Shown here: piece after piece, positions 43,677 to 56,665 of the stretch
Numbering within the stretch: position 1 is the stretch's first letter
Layout of the letters: each line of letters begins with the position of its first letter
NCBI GenBank assembly: GCA_964304625.1
Contig: OZ199838.1
Location: 16,207,731-16,271,730 of the forward strand
Direction: 5' to 3'
DNA: 64,000 bases
From: Kudoa neothunni
Taxonomy: Eukaryota > Animalia > Cnidaria
Notes under the pieces: model-generated
Seen by the model: only the letters and a program-made list of their open reading frames with translations
What the model was told of the DNA's origin: nothing
Database searches by the model: none
Position numbers and translations under genes: made by a program

Positions 43677-45881
43677 ATGTTATTTTTGATTTACTCAATT
43701 ATAATTGGATCTTTGAACTATATATTGAGCAAAGAGTTGAAAACGCCTACAGTAAAATAATTTATTTCTCAATTTTTTTTTATTTTTTTATAGGAATTAC
43801 TGGTTTATTTCAACAACGACAACTTAATATTCAAGCCATATTTGTGTAATCAAGAAGAAACAAAAATATTTGGAGTGCATTGTGAAGAGGAGACAGAATA
43901 TATTTGTTACGGTATAAGAATTATTAAATCACGGATTACTATATAAATAATTAAGATTTTTCAAGCAGAGGAAATTCAAGAATAATTAACGAAAATAAAT
44001 GCTTCCTAGAATTTATTGAAGAACGATCGCCGAATATAACTAATGTTACCTTCGCATCAGTTGATAACTTATTAGAATTAAAGTGATGAGTTTGTGTTTT
44101 TTGTGTATAAAATTCAAATTATTGCATTAAGAATACAGAATGGATATTATGATTTGACGCAAGAACAAATAAATGACCGCCATGTAAACATTTCGGGGTT
44201 GCCACTGCAAATACATTATTCCGTTTTGGAAACATCTGAAAAAATATTTTTTAATTATTTAAAATCTAATGAAAAATTTTCAAGATTTAAAACGGTAACT
44301 TAGTGAATTCTAACATATATCTTACCTCAACAATTTCCTTTACCTTTAGAAAGACGGTACGATGGTAACTTTAAGGGTAATTAAAAAGATAATTATATAT
44401 TCTTTAATATTCAAATTTCGGTAAATAAATAAATTTTACATAGATGAATAAGAAAAATGGATATATTTCTATTGATGAATATGCCACTTTGATTGGATAT
44501 TCGACTGATTATGACCCTCAAAACGATGATATTACCATGTTTAGGGTAAAATCACAGGATTATCCATTCTTTTCAAAATACATAAAATTGGGTTATAAGG
44601 ATATTGTTCCAATTCTAATATACAAAAACATAATGGTAACCGAAAATTATTTATTCCATAAATATAAAAAATATTATTCATTAGAGTGGAGATTTATAAA
44701 ACATATGTTGATAAACCATATCAAATTTTATGGATTCACCTTGCTCCCTTATTAACACAACCATAAATATTGATTATAATGAGAAACATAATAGTTGGAT
44801 AACGAATAAGAAAGTTATTAATGAATTGTTTTTTGAGCCAATAAATATCGTTTCCAAATATGATTTTGTGAAATGTCTGGATATAATCAAGGATTGTGTA
44901 TTGGTATCAAATGAAGAAAATCCTTGGAATGATCAAACGAAGAATTTGATTCAAAGGGCGTTTCCAATGAAAAATGGTGGAAATTATATTGATGTAAATT
45001 AATAATCGATCAAATCCTTTCATTTATTAAAATATTATGATTGATTGATTAATTAGTTAATTATAGATGTATAACTTCAAGTCAAAATCCCAAAATGACT
45101 TTTTACACTAGCTCAATTTCATCATTACAAGAACTAGTAAATGTTTCAAATCATTATAAAAATAGTGGCGAGCATGTATCTTCATTGACATTAAATGAGG
45201 CCACTGAATACTTCTACGAAACGGCTGCTAGGATGTATTACTTGGCCATTCTCAACTTTTTTTCTTCTGGAGAACATATTCACAACAAAAATTACGTCTA
45301 TAAGTTTAATGTATTTTAATTATTAATAATTATATTTATTGTTATTTCAGAAGCTCAACCCAAATTGGCAGACTGAATTTATTAGTTATCACACAATGTT
45401 GAGATTATTTGAAGGTAAATATGTTTATTTGTTATTAAATATAAAAATTTTATAAGGAGCGGAAAAAATCAGAAAATCTATGGATAATGATCATGAAAAT
45501 GGCGTAAAAATAAATACTAACGCATGTGGCCTAATAAATAACATTTAGTTTGGAACTGATGAATCGTCTACTCCTAATGATGTAAGTATTGGAGACCAAC
45601 AAAAAGCTGATGGAAAACCGGATTCTCATAAAAATAATGAGGACTCACCACCAAATTCTGGAAATGACAACGAACAAATAAAAAATGATGAAGAGGATAA
45701 GGATTTTTCTGAAGAAAATACTTCAAAGTTGACAACCAAATCACCCAACCAAAGATATAAATCAAAGTCTTCGTTAGTGGCCGCGATTGTTATCCCACTT
45801 GCGATAATTTTGATTTTATTAATTATTGGAGTATTTGCTTTTACGAGGAACAAAAAGGCTGGTAACCTCCGCTTCAACTAA
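43677..45881 (+). CDS. Array paralogue 7 (subfamily B); frameshifted in this sequence, either a pseudogene or assembly errors
   Basis: Start MLFLIYSIIIGSLNYIL. Motifs FGVHC, GYISIDEY, YPFFSK, DSPC, FVKC, NPW, FPMKNG; TM LVAAIVIPLAIILILLIIGVFAF. Frame breaks at ~44690-44730 and ~45090-45104, both in or near homopolymers. Confidence 0.75.
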
Positions 45882-46539
45882 ACGCTATCTAATAATGAAT
45901 AATGTTTCTTCAACTAATATCGACTTCATTAATTACATTATTGATTGTAAATGTGGTTATTCTTTGCTAACAACAAATTTTTTTATGCTCTAAAATTTGT
46001 TCAATTTATATAAAAATGATTTGATTATTATTATTGGTGAAAAAGGAATATTTTATTTAAGGATTAATTTGATGATGCCATTTTCGACCGGTCAACATTG
46101 CTTGGTATTTATTTAGAAAATACAATTTTTAAATATATATTTATTTAAAATAAACAATCAAATTTTAACTGTCGATTAAAGATATTAAACAGCATTTAAA
46201 TATATTTATTCTACTAATATACTGAATCTTTATTACAAGGGGTCATTAGAGTACAGTGTTGAAAAAATTATTTGATTCTGCATAAATTCATAGATCGGCT
46301 TAATCTATATTAAATTAAATCTATTTTTTGTGTTACATTATTTTAATATAATAATGTGACTAATAAATATTATCCTTATATTAATTCAACAAATATTTCC
46401 TGTATAATCATTTAACTTTATCTAAATTTTTAAGTCATTTATTATTATAACATTTCTTCTTTTTATAATTTTTATTTGTCATTTTCTGCAGAGTTTGTTA
46501 CTTTATGAATCAATCTAATTGCCAGATTATCTACCAAAT

Positions 46540-46805
46540 ATAATGCTGAATTGTTCTTGTGTGTGTCTTCAGTACGCAAATAAGACAAAATTTTTTCCTT
46601 ATAGAGACATTCATGAAATTTTTGAAATATCGTAATGTTTCAAAAGATTTTTCAGTTATTTTTAAAGTGAAAAATATTTCCAAGAATGTTTAGAATATAG
46701 TCATTTTGTCGATTCAAAGTTTGTTAAGCTTGTTACCTGTGTTCAACTGTAAGATTAACACCTGCTTATGTCCTAGTAAGGGGTGGTTGAAGTTAACTTC
46801 CCCCT
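46540..46805. repeat. Dispersed repeat, copy 1 (shared with 63437-63705)
   Basis: Shared blocks GAGACATT.ATGAAATTTTT, TGTTTAGAATATAG, TTTGTTAAGC, GTTCAACTGTA, GGTTGAAGTTAACTT. Confidence 0.8.
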
Positions 46806-47949
46806 CATATTCTTTGTCAAATATTAATTGAACGATGTCATATATTTTTATGTGTAAGATCGACGTAAAAATTTGAATGTTTGTGCGAATACTCTCCTTA
46901 TTTCACTAGTTTTAACGTATTTGACATGATAAATATTTGTTGGAAGTTTTATTAACGGTTGTAGATAAGACAAAAAGCCTATATTTACATTATTAATAAC
47001 GAGTTGATAGTGCATATTGTAATCAGATAGATTTTTGCATTGTAATACAAGTACCGTGTCCGTAGATTTCATTGAAATCTAACGGTGTGTTGAACTTTCA
47101 ATGAGTAAATTTAATGCATATGGTTTTTACTTTTACTTCATTTGGTTAATTAAATTAGTTGTGTTGATGTTGATTTTGATACGATTTGTGGTTGTTTGTG
47201 GGGAAAAACGCATTAAAGTTTATGCCGGACCAAAGGATATTTATTTAGCAATAAAAACTAATTTTCGTATATTTCCTACTATCTCTATATCTTGTTGTTA
47301 TCTTCTATTAATAGTTGTGCTCCTGTTTTCTGAGCCGAGTCGGAATTCGACTTTGAACAATACCAGGGTCAAAAAATAACGTTTTAAATTGCGCCTTAAG
47401 GGAATTTAAATAATTTGGTGATGCAAATTAACTACAACACTGATGTTATATTATTTGGTTTTGGTGCCAGGACTGATACACCCCTTTAAAGAAATGATCA
47501 TAATTTAAATTCCATATTCACAATCGTCAAAATATGCTTACAAATATTTTTTGTATGACTGTATCTATATGTTAATTTGCAATAATGATAATATCTTTTT
47601 TGAATGTTATTAAGAAATTTTTTTGTTCTTAATACTCCCAAGCAAAGCTTGGCAATTCCCGCTAGTATATTTATAAATGAAATCTTCGATACATGAATAT
47701 TTATCAAAATTTTCATTTTTTAATCTTCCTCTCATTTTAGTGGGTTAATTTTTAACAATATTATTAAAAATTATTTTTTCTTATAGTGCCTAATTGATTT
47801 TTTATATTTTTACTCTGGACGTTAATCATAAAATATTTAGAATTATAGATTTTAATTTATGAGACAATAATAATTAATTTAATTGTATATAAAAATAATA
47901 TCTTAAATAAATATTATTTTTTGTGTTAAAAGTTCGTTCAATACCAATA

Positions 47950-49656
47950 TCTTTTGTATACAAAAATATGAGTTGTCCGTGTGTGTGCACTAATCTTCTC
48001 CTTATATAAAGACTTATTGGACAATTTGAGTTTTTAGTATATTAAAATTTTTAAACAAAAGTTTATGATTGTTTATTAATGGTGAATTGGGGGGGGGGGC
48101 AAACTTTTTGTTGGAAAAATAGCGCTAATGATAATGAAATTACAGCTGTATGTGATCTACTAATGAGTTCAGTAAAAATGTAGTTACATTGATGTTTCAA
48201 TTATTTTATATAATCATGGCGTTTATATTCTATTCTTTCCCTACACTTAGAATATAGTTAAGATATTCTATAGCGCTTTTGTTTTCGTAGGCAAGCAACT
48301 CGGTGTTAACGAAGATTTTATGTTAAAAAGTGATATTAATTTATTAATATTAAAGAAAAATATTTACTTTTCGTGTTTAATTAGCAATAACAAACGTTCA
48401 TTATTTTTTGTATAAATTTAAACTGAAGTTGACACATTTTCATTTAATGCAACGATGTAAACTAACTTTTAGATTGGTTGTTTTTTCAAGAGGTAAGTTA
48501 AAACGATTAAAATGCTACACGAATTGAAAGAACTTATGATTTCTAATGAAGCTAGAGACCATTCAAACAGATGTGAGGAAGATCGGGATATTGCTGTTTA
48601 TTTTAATCAATCAAATCGCTAAAAGAACGATAATGTGATCAAAATTTGCGTTTAATATTTTAATTGGCGGGTCAGTTTAAAGATAAAAATTATTTTTTTT
48701 GTCAGTTTTTCTAATTACCGTAATGGACCTCTCATACGTACATCAGTTATTTTACATATAAAAATGTTTACTCGTATATATAATGATTTCGAAGATTATT
48801 ATATGTTATTATTAGTCGTTTCAAACAATTTAAAGGCATAATTCGTAAGAAAAAATGAAAAATAAAAGTCACTTGAGGATCAGTCCTATGTATTTTTTTT
48901 TCTTCGACCGCGTGATTAAATTTGATTAAATAAAGCATTTTCTTTCTTTTTTTACCACGATTCAACAATTGGTAAATTTTTATAATTACTTCTATGTGGT
49001 AACTAATTGAGAAATGATGGATAAACGTAGATACATATTGTAGATATATAGTGTGGTTTATAATGATGTCTTCTCTAATTCATAGAAATAACAATGACAC
49101 AATAACAATCCCTCCCAAATAATTCAGAAACGGATGATGATATTATTGATCAAAAATGAGCCATTTAGAGATGACCTTATTTTATTTTGAAAGGCTTGGC
49201 AACGTTTATAATTTATAAACACCATGGTTCAAAAAAGTGGGAGTTAATGTCTCATTCTATTCCATAGGTTTATTCATTTTTAAATCGTAATTTTAAACAA
49301 AAAAATTGGCTTTTAATTAAAATTTAAGTAATAGATAGTTTTGTGTTTTAATATTTTTGTGTGTTTGCGCAAAAAAACACGTACTATCCCTTGCCGGGAC
49401 CGGTAATACGTACAATTTTCGCGTCCCAAGGGGGTTACATACGGCCAATTCCTTACTGTAAATAGTTTCATTATGAGGCGGATCCAGGTGATTTCATACG
49501 ACCAAAATTTTTTTTAATTGAAGTGGTTGTCAAAGGATAATATTAAAAGCACATATGAGTTTATTCTGTTCGGCAAAGGATTAAATATTGTTTTAATTTT
49601 ACAAGTTTTTTATTTAAATTTTCTGACTCCCGGACAAAGTCGGGGTTACACACTAG
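47950..49656 (+). mobile_element. Non-autonomous Helitron-like element
   Basis: 3' GC hairpin CCCGGACAAAGTCGGGG seven nt before CTAG|T; candidate 5' end A|TC followed by a GTCCGTGTGTGTG microsatellite-like motif. The 5' boundary is tentative. Confidence 0.5.
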
Positions 49657-50995
49657 TATTTATATATTTTTATTAATCATTAAAGATCTCAATAATTTAG
49701 AGATTATTTCTTTTAACGTGGAGAAATTTGGATATGTAATTTATTTATTAAATATTTATATTTTGATATTCACAAAAATAAATCATATCACGATATCAAA
49801 TATTAATTATACTATAAAATAAGCTAAAAATGAACATTGATTTTGGTAAATATTTTTAATGTATTATCGTCTAATCACCCCAATTCTCATTTCCCTAAGG
49901 TAATCGAGGTATATTTGAACTTTTATATTATGTTGGAAAAAATAATAAGAAAAAAAATTTGATTAATATCTCATATCAAAAATAATATTATCTTTAGGAT
50001 AATTCACCGCAAAAATTTTAAATATTTTATAATACCCCTATGAACAATAAAAAAATAATATATATATCATTTTCTTAATCATTTAATTTTATGAGATGAT
50101 TACAAAAAATATACAGATATTATACAGGTGATATATTTTATGTTAATTAATAGCGTATTATAATATAATTAAATTACTTTTGTTGAATAAATAATCTAAG
50201 TAATAAATATTTAACAAAAAAAATAAGATTATTTAGATCCAGCTGATATCTTTTTAGACATTTTTGATTTACAATTTTTTTTTTGGTTAAAAAGCTATTT
50301 AAATAAAATAATATTGTAAAGGCTGCTGTAGCTAATATCCATTCCAATTTAGCCAAAATAAGACTAGTAATCTATTTAGAGATAATAGTAATTTATATAT
50401 AAAGATGTTAATTATTATTATCTTGGGGACTCTAATAAAATAAATTACTAACCTTAAATTATCAATTATACGAATCCCTCAGGTATTTAAATATATATGA
50501 TTTGAACATTAATAAAGTACAATTAAAAAAATTTAATATAATGTTTTAAAATTTTACTACAATATAATTTTTTTTATTTACCAATGTGGAAAATAAATAT
50601 TTTGAATAATGCGTTAATATTACAAACACAAACTCATAAAATAGGGGATAATTAAATTTAAATTTTATTATTTTTACAAAATTAGATAAAATCCGGATTA
50701 TTAACACCATTTTTCACCGTAAATTATTCCAAAATCAGAATTGTGAAAAAAGAACTAAGAATTAATTAGAAGCATTATTTTTAATTTTCCAATAAATTAT
50801 GTTTATTATTATTACATATTAATTAGAACTATACTCTTTAATTTAGGTTGTGTGCATTGATAATAAGAGGGGAAAGTAATATCAATTATATATCCATAAA
50901 TCAATTAAAATATTAATTTGAAAAAATTTTAAGTGGTAATCAATAAATTATATAGTTAAATTGAATTCATAATATTTTATAAAAACCGTTACTGG

Positions 50996-53936
50996 ATGAT
51001 GTTGAAATTTTTGTTTTGTTCAATTTTTATTGGGTATTTTCTAAATATTCTAAATGAAGAATTTAAAGACCAACGAGTAAGGTATATATAAAACAATTGA
51101 CGAAATAATTTGTTGAAGAACTTGTTGGTTTATCTCAACCACAGCCAATTTGTTGTTAAATATTATTCGTGCGATACAGTAAAATCAAAAATTTTTGGTA
51201 TAGAATGTACTGAAAAGAATAAATATACTTGTTCAGGTATAAGATTTTCCCTATCTGCAAAATATATTAATATATAAATAGATTTAAAAAATAAAATTAT
51301 TAATTCAAGGATTGAAATTGAAGACGAATGTCTCATTGAGTTTTTTAATGAATATCAACTTCCACCAACTTACATTATTTTTGCTGTACCCGTGGAAACA
51401 TTAGGCTCAACGTAATTTGATAGAAATTAAAATATATTGATTATTAATTTATTAAGATCAAATGATGCACATGCTATTTGGTCCGAAGACATCGAAGATC
51501 GTATGTTATCATATACTGGCAAAAACTATCCAATACATTATTCAAAAATGACATCATCAGAAAAAATATTCTATAAATATTTAAAATCAAATGGAAAATC
51601 ATCCCAAGCTGAATCAGTAAAATAGATTTATTTATTCATAATAATTATATTCTAGCTGGATGGATTAAAGTATAATGAATGGGTATATTATTATATTCAT
51701 TTCTTCTGACATATAATAACGCACAGTTATTTTATCATTTAAATTAATTACAAATATAATTTTCACCTATAAATTAATGTAAGCTAAGATAAAAATATTT
51801 TAGACATATGAGGACAGTGGTTATATCTCTATTGATGAAGATGAAATTTCGATTGGATATTTGTCAGAAATCGATCCCCAAAATCCAGATATTATTACTT
51901 ATAGAGCCAAAAAGGAGGATTATCCATTCTTTTCAAAATATATAACAGATCTTGGGTATAACGATATAGTAGCAATTCTGATATATTATTTAATAAATGT
52001 AATCAAACGGAATATTGGTTCGCAATATGTGACCTATTTTTGTTAGGAAGGAGAATATAATATTACCCCGAGTAATGTCGTCGTTATCGAATTTCCTTGC
52101 TCAGTAACAAATGCAACGCTCAGTATTGCTGACGTAAAATATATTAATCAGCAATTCCAAAGTTTAATCACTAAAGAATTATTTTTTGGAACATTAAATA
52201 TTATTGCAAAATATAATTTTCCTCGTTGTGTAAAAATTATTACTGATGCATTGTTTACCCCAAATGAAGACCATCCATGGAACGAAAAAACAAAAAAATT
52301 AATTCAGACTGGATTTCCTAAAAAAGTCGGCACAAAAACCTTCAATGTATTTAATTAATTATGCAATTACCTGAAGAAAATCGAATAAATAATTTATATG
52401 TTCTTTAATTTTAGCTATATAATTTCAAGGCGAAATCAACAACTAAAGATGGCTTTCATTCATTGCAATCCATACGAATAATAACTAATATTTCTAAAAA
52501 ATATCAAACGAGAGACGAACATATATTGTCTTTCCAACCTGATGAAACCAATAATCATTTTTTTGAGGTGGTTGAACGGATGTATTATTACGCTCTAATT
52601 TACATTATTTCTACTGAAATATCAATGGATGGGTATGGATACGCCTATAAGATTCACGTTTATAATATTTTCTTAATAACATGTTATATCATTTTATTAA
52701 AGGAAAATAATATTGAATGGGATTCTGAATTTGTTAGTTATATCACTATGATGAGATTTTTTGAAGGTACAAATATTTTTCTATTTTATAAATTATGATA
52801 AAAATTTATAAGACGCCGAAGAACTCTTGAAACCAACCAAAAATGATGAAGAACAAACACATATCGTCGATATAGATCAAAATAGTGAGACAGCAGATAA
52901 TATTAATGATTCCAATGAATCTACTCAAGAAGTTGATGAATCCAGTGAATCTACTCAAGAAGTTAGCGAATCCAATGAGTCTACTCAAGAAGTTGATGAA
53001 TCCGGTGAATCTACTCAAGAAGTTAGCGAATCCAATGAGTCTACTCAAGAAGTTGATGAATCCAGTGAATCTACTCAAGAAGTTAGCGAATCCAATGAGT
53101 CTACTCAAGAAGTTGATGAATCCAGTGAATCTACTCAAGAAGTTGATGAATCCAGTGAATCTACTCAAGAAGTTAGCGAATCCAATGAGTCTACTCAAGA
53201 AGTTGATGAATCCAGTGAATCTACTCAAGAAGTTAGCGAATCCAATGAGTCTACTCAAGAAGTTGATGAATCCAGTGAATCTACTCAAGAAGTTAGCGAA
53301 TCCAATGAGTCTACTCAAGAAGTTGATGAATCCAGTGAATCTACTCAAGAAGTTAGCGAATCCAATGAGTCTACTCAAGAAGTTGATGAATCCAGTGAAT
53401 CTACTCAAGAAGTTAGCGAATCCAATGAGTCTACTCAAGAAGTTGATGAATCCGGTGAATCTACTCAAGAAGTTAGCGAATCCAATGAGTCTACTCAAGA
53501 AGTTGATGAATCCAGTGAATCTACTCAAGAAGTTAGCGAATCCAATGAGTCTACTCAAGAAGTTGATGAATCCAGTGAATCTACTCAAGAAGTTGATAAA
53601 TCCAGTGAGGTTCCCCAAAAATCAAACGATTCCATCGAGCCTAATCATAACGATGATGATTTGAAGGATGCTCTTCCAGTGGATGGAGGTGAAAGTAACC
53701 CCCCTCAAAACAATGAGGAAACCGAGAGTGAAATACAACCGGATGAGAGCAATGAAGAAACATCGGATGATAGTAGCTCCGTAGCCACAACCATAAGCGC
53801 TAGAGAAAAATCGAATATAAATTCTACAATAGTGACGCTAATTGTTGTTCCCATCTTGGTATTAATAGTTTTGGTTTCAATTGGAATATATATCAAAATG
53901 AAAAAGAAGAAATCGAATAATACTGACATAGTCTGA
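50996..53936 (+). CDS. Array paralogue 8 (subfamily B, 10 exons) with ~230-aa E/S-rich tandem-repeat stalk
   Basis: Start MMLKFLFCSIFIGYFLNIL. Motifs FGIEC, GYISIDED, YPFFSK, EFPC, FPRC, HPW, FPKKVG; last exon corresponds to ORF 52827-53936; TM IVTLIVVPILVLIVLVSIGIYI. Confidence 0.87.
52908..53609 (+). repeat. Coding tandem repeat, ~23 x 30 bp (ESTQEVDESS / ESTQEVSESN) arranged as a 60-bp dimer
   Basis: Near-identical units ctactcaagaagttgatgaatccagtgaat and ctactcaagaagttagcgaatccaatgagt alternate. Confidence 0.97.
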
Positions 53937-54744
53937 ATTAATAGTGCCACAGGGTACCATTGGACAACTATTTGATAATTAATTGATTATATTACATTAT
54001 ATTAGTATTATTATTATGTTGCTAGTGTGGAAATTCCAGTTTTACAAATGATATTTGGTTGGTTTTATAAAATTGTTGATTCAATTACATTTAGATATAT
54101 ACTGCATACTATAGTATCTAAAAATTATTTAATAACTACAAAACATTACATAACACACATGCATCTGAAGAATTTAAAAAACTTATCATTGATGTAGCAA
54201 GAGGAGTAATTATACGAATATAAACATTGATAAATTAATTATTAAAATATTAATAAAACTAATCAATATTTTATGTTCTAAATAAATATAAATTATGGTT
54301 AGGATATGAAATTATTAAATGAAATAGTAGCAATAAAAAAATAAACGATTCCACACAAACCAAAATACGACAATTGTTATTGCGCCGTTTTTAGAGGATT
54401 AATAAGAATGTACGAAAAACAATAGCGATACCCAAAGATGCGGGATTTTCATAAGTATAAATATATTTATGATGAATTTTTAATTAGATTAACGATTATA
54501 CAATATGTTAATTTTAAAAATTGATGATTAGAATTTTATTTATTTTGAATTCTTCAGTTTCTTATTATAATTCTGAAATATCAAAAACCTCGATTAATTA
54601 ATAAAATTTATGGATAGATAGAATTTTTGTTTACGCATCCACAGCCAAACTAACATAAGAGATTTGTTGGATAAAAAATCTTAATTAACTATTGGGATTC
54701 ATCAATAATAGTTCTTCGTGCAATGCTAAGAGACGTCAACATCT

Positions 54745-56623
54745 GCAAAAGAAAAAGAAATTTTTGAATATGGAAACCAATAGATTTTTTTTAACACTGA
54801 TTATACTCGAATAGTTAAATCGACCAAAATATCCTCACACCTAATGCATCGAGTGTTTATTATTTATTATTTAGACGACTAAAAATTTTCAGAATACTTT
54901 CTTAAAGTTATATTCCATTATTTCGATTTCTTAGGAACAATATGAATCGGATGTTTAGTTACATTTTGATCCTTTAATCATTAGCAAATAATGACTAGTA
55001 GAAATATAATATATATTATACTGTTTAATTAAAACATCCGAAATTGATTAAATACCTAAGAACATGCATTCTAAACATAAAACATCTATCACGCTTTATA
55101 TTATCGTTCAGCGAACTTTTAAAAGTATTATATTAACTTGCCCAATGAATCATCTTTTTCCCAAAATTTACGTTGAATCTTGAAATATTTTGTTATTAAC
55201 CCTCTAATGATTTTGGGATAAATTTTACCCTAAAACGATTTTATTAATGGTATATCTTTTTATAAAATAAAAAAATACCTAATAGATTACAGTTATTCTT
55301 CTAATATAATTTTGGCTTTAATTTGACGAAGTGATTTGTTTCGAGAAAATATTGTATAAATTTTAATTTTATCTTGTAATGGTCTTTGGGGTAAAATATC
55401 CATCATGTTTTTTTTGATTAAAAATATTTCAAAAAATGTAAAAAATTTCGATTATAAATATAATAAAATTCCCATGAGGAGTTTTTGTAGAAAGTAAGGA
55501 AATGTTAGAGAAATTAAATAAATCGCATGCGTGAATTATATTAGAATGTGTGATTCTTATGATTTTTATCGATGAATTATGTTTATCAGGGAATGAACAT
55601 TATTTTTTTGAAGAAAATATCTTCTTAGCGATGTTTCTTTCTGAAAATTTGTTGGAAAAAATTGACAATAGAGGCATTACGTGAAAAACTAAAGGGATAC
55701 CACCATGCCTGCAATCACCACCAAATAGAACCCATTGTGGTAGAACTTTTGTTTTCCGTGAAAAGTATATGTTGATATCTCATGTTACCAGTAAATAAAT
55801 ATGTGTGATTTTTTTAAAAGAAATCGTTTAACATTTATACAAAACATTGTTGACAACAAAATCCACAAACAAAACATTAAAGAAAAGTTTCATTATTACT
55901 TATGTTTTCCAACTGGAACCTCTACTTAATGTAAAGCGAGCAGAATGTGAAAAAGGCGAGAGGAAAAATGATAAAAAATCATCTAAATGGTGCACAAATT
56001 GTTATAAATTCGATTATCCATTTCAAGCATTAAAAAACTGTTTTAACATCTCACATCTTGCAACAATTCTTCTTATATTTTTTTAATATTTCAACTGGCG
56101 CAACACGTTTAATTCCGCTGTATTAACGCGATCACCTTTTTAATGAAACATCGATGTGTACCGACATAAAACGGATCGTAAACGAGTCCGATTATCGCGT
56201 GGATTACGTCAAAATTTAATAAACATTTTCCAATGTTTCATCCATAGGAATTGAAAATTATTCGGAAATATTGATTATTAGGGTTTTTAAAACGTTATAA
56301 TTCAAAAAAAATGTGGGGTAAAATTTACCCCAAATTCCATTTATTATTTATTATTCATACACGTTCGTTGATTTTGGGATCATTAGAGGGTTAAGTATCG
56401 AAAAATAAAAACCTGAGGTCCAAAAGACTCCAACTAGGTTGGAGTGTCATTTTTTATTCCAATGTGAAATTTTGTTAATTTTTGTTCAAAGTTTAATAAA
56501 TTGTAAATATCGTAATATAATACAAATAAAATGGATTTCAAGTGTTTTTTGAAGAATAAACAACATATTATAATCAGTTAAAAACTTCTTTGAGGTCCAA
56601 AAGACCCCAAGTTCGTTAGAGGG
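54745..56623. mobile_element. Second copy of the 40.3-kb piggyBac-like family, interrupted by a nested element
   Basis: Collinear with ~40565-41280 on both sides of the insertion; ends GTTCGTTAGAGGG|TTAA. Confidence 0.8.
55200..56390 (+). mobile_element. Internally deleted piggyBac element (1191 bp) nested at TTAA
   Basis: Perfect 12-bp TIR CCCTCTAATGAT with TTAA on both sides; GGGGTAAAATTTACCCC-type subterminal palindromes; Cys-rich domain remnant ECEKG..KWCTNC..NCFNISH (ORF 55847-56086). Confidence 0.88.
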
Positions 56624-56665
56624 TTAACAAAAAAAGCCACCATCAATATTACAAATTTGGGAACA

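Noticed and set aside
46800-47350. Possible Penelope-like reverse transcriptase remnant on the minus strand
   Set aside because: No diagnostic motif such as YVDD could be read.
52908-53609. CRISPR-like regular repeat
   Set aside because: No unique spacers; it is a coding tandem repeat in a eukaryotic gene.
52806-53664. Long overlapping ORFs encoding amphipathic repeats (NLLKKLMNPV on +, GFINFLSRFT on -) that resemble antimicrobial peptides
   Set aside because: These are shadow frames of a stop-free 30-bp repeat. They begin and end with the repeat, and only the E/S-rich frame connects to the spliced gene and TM.
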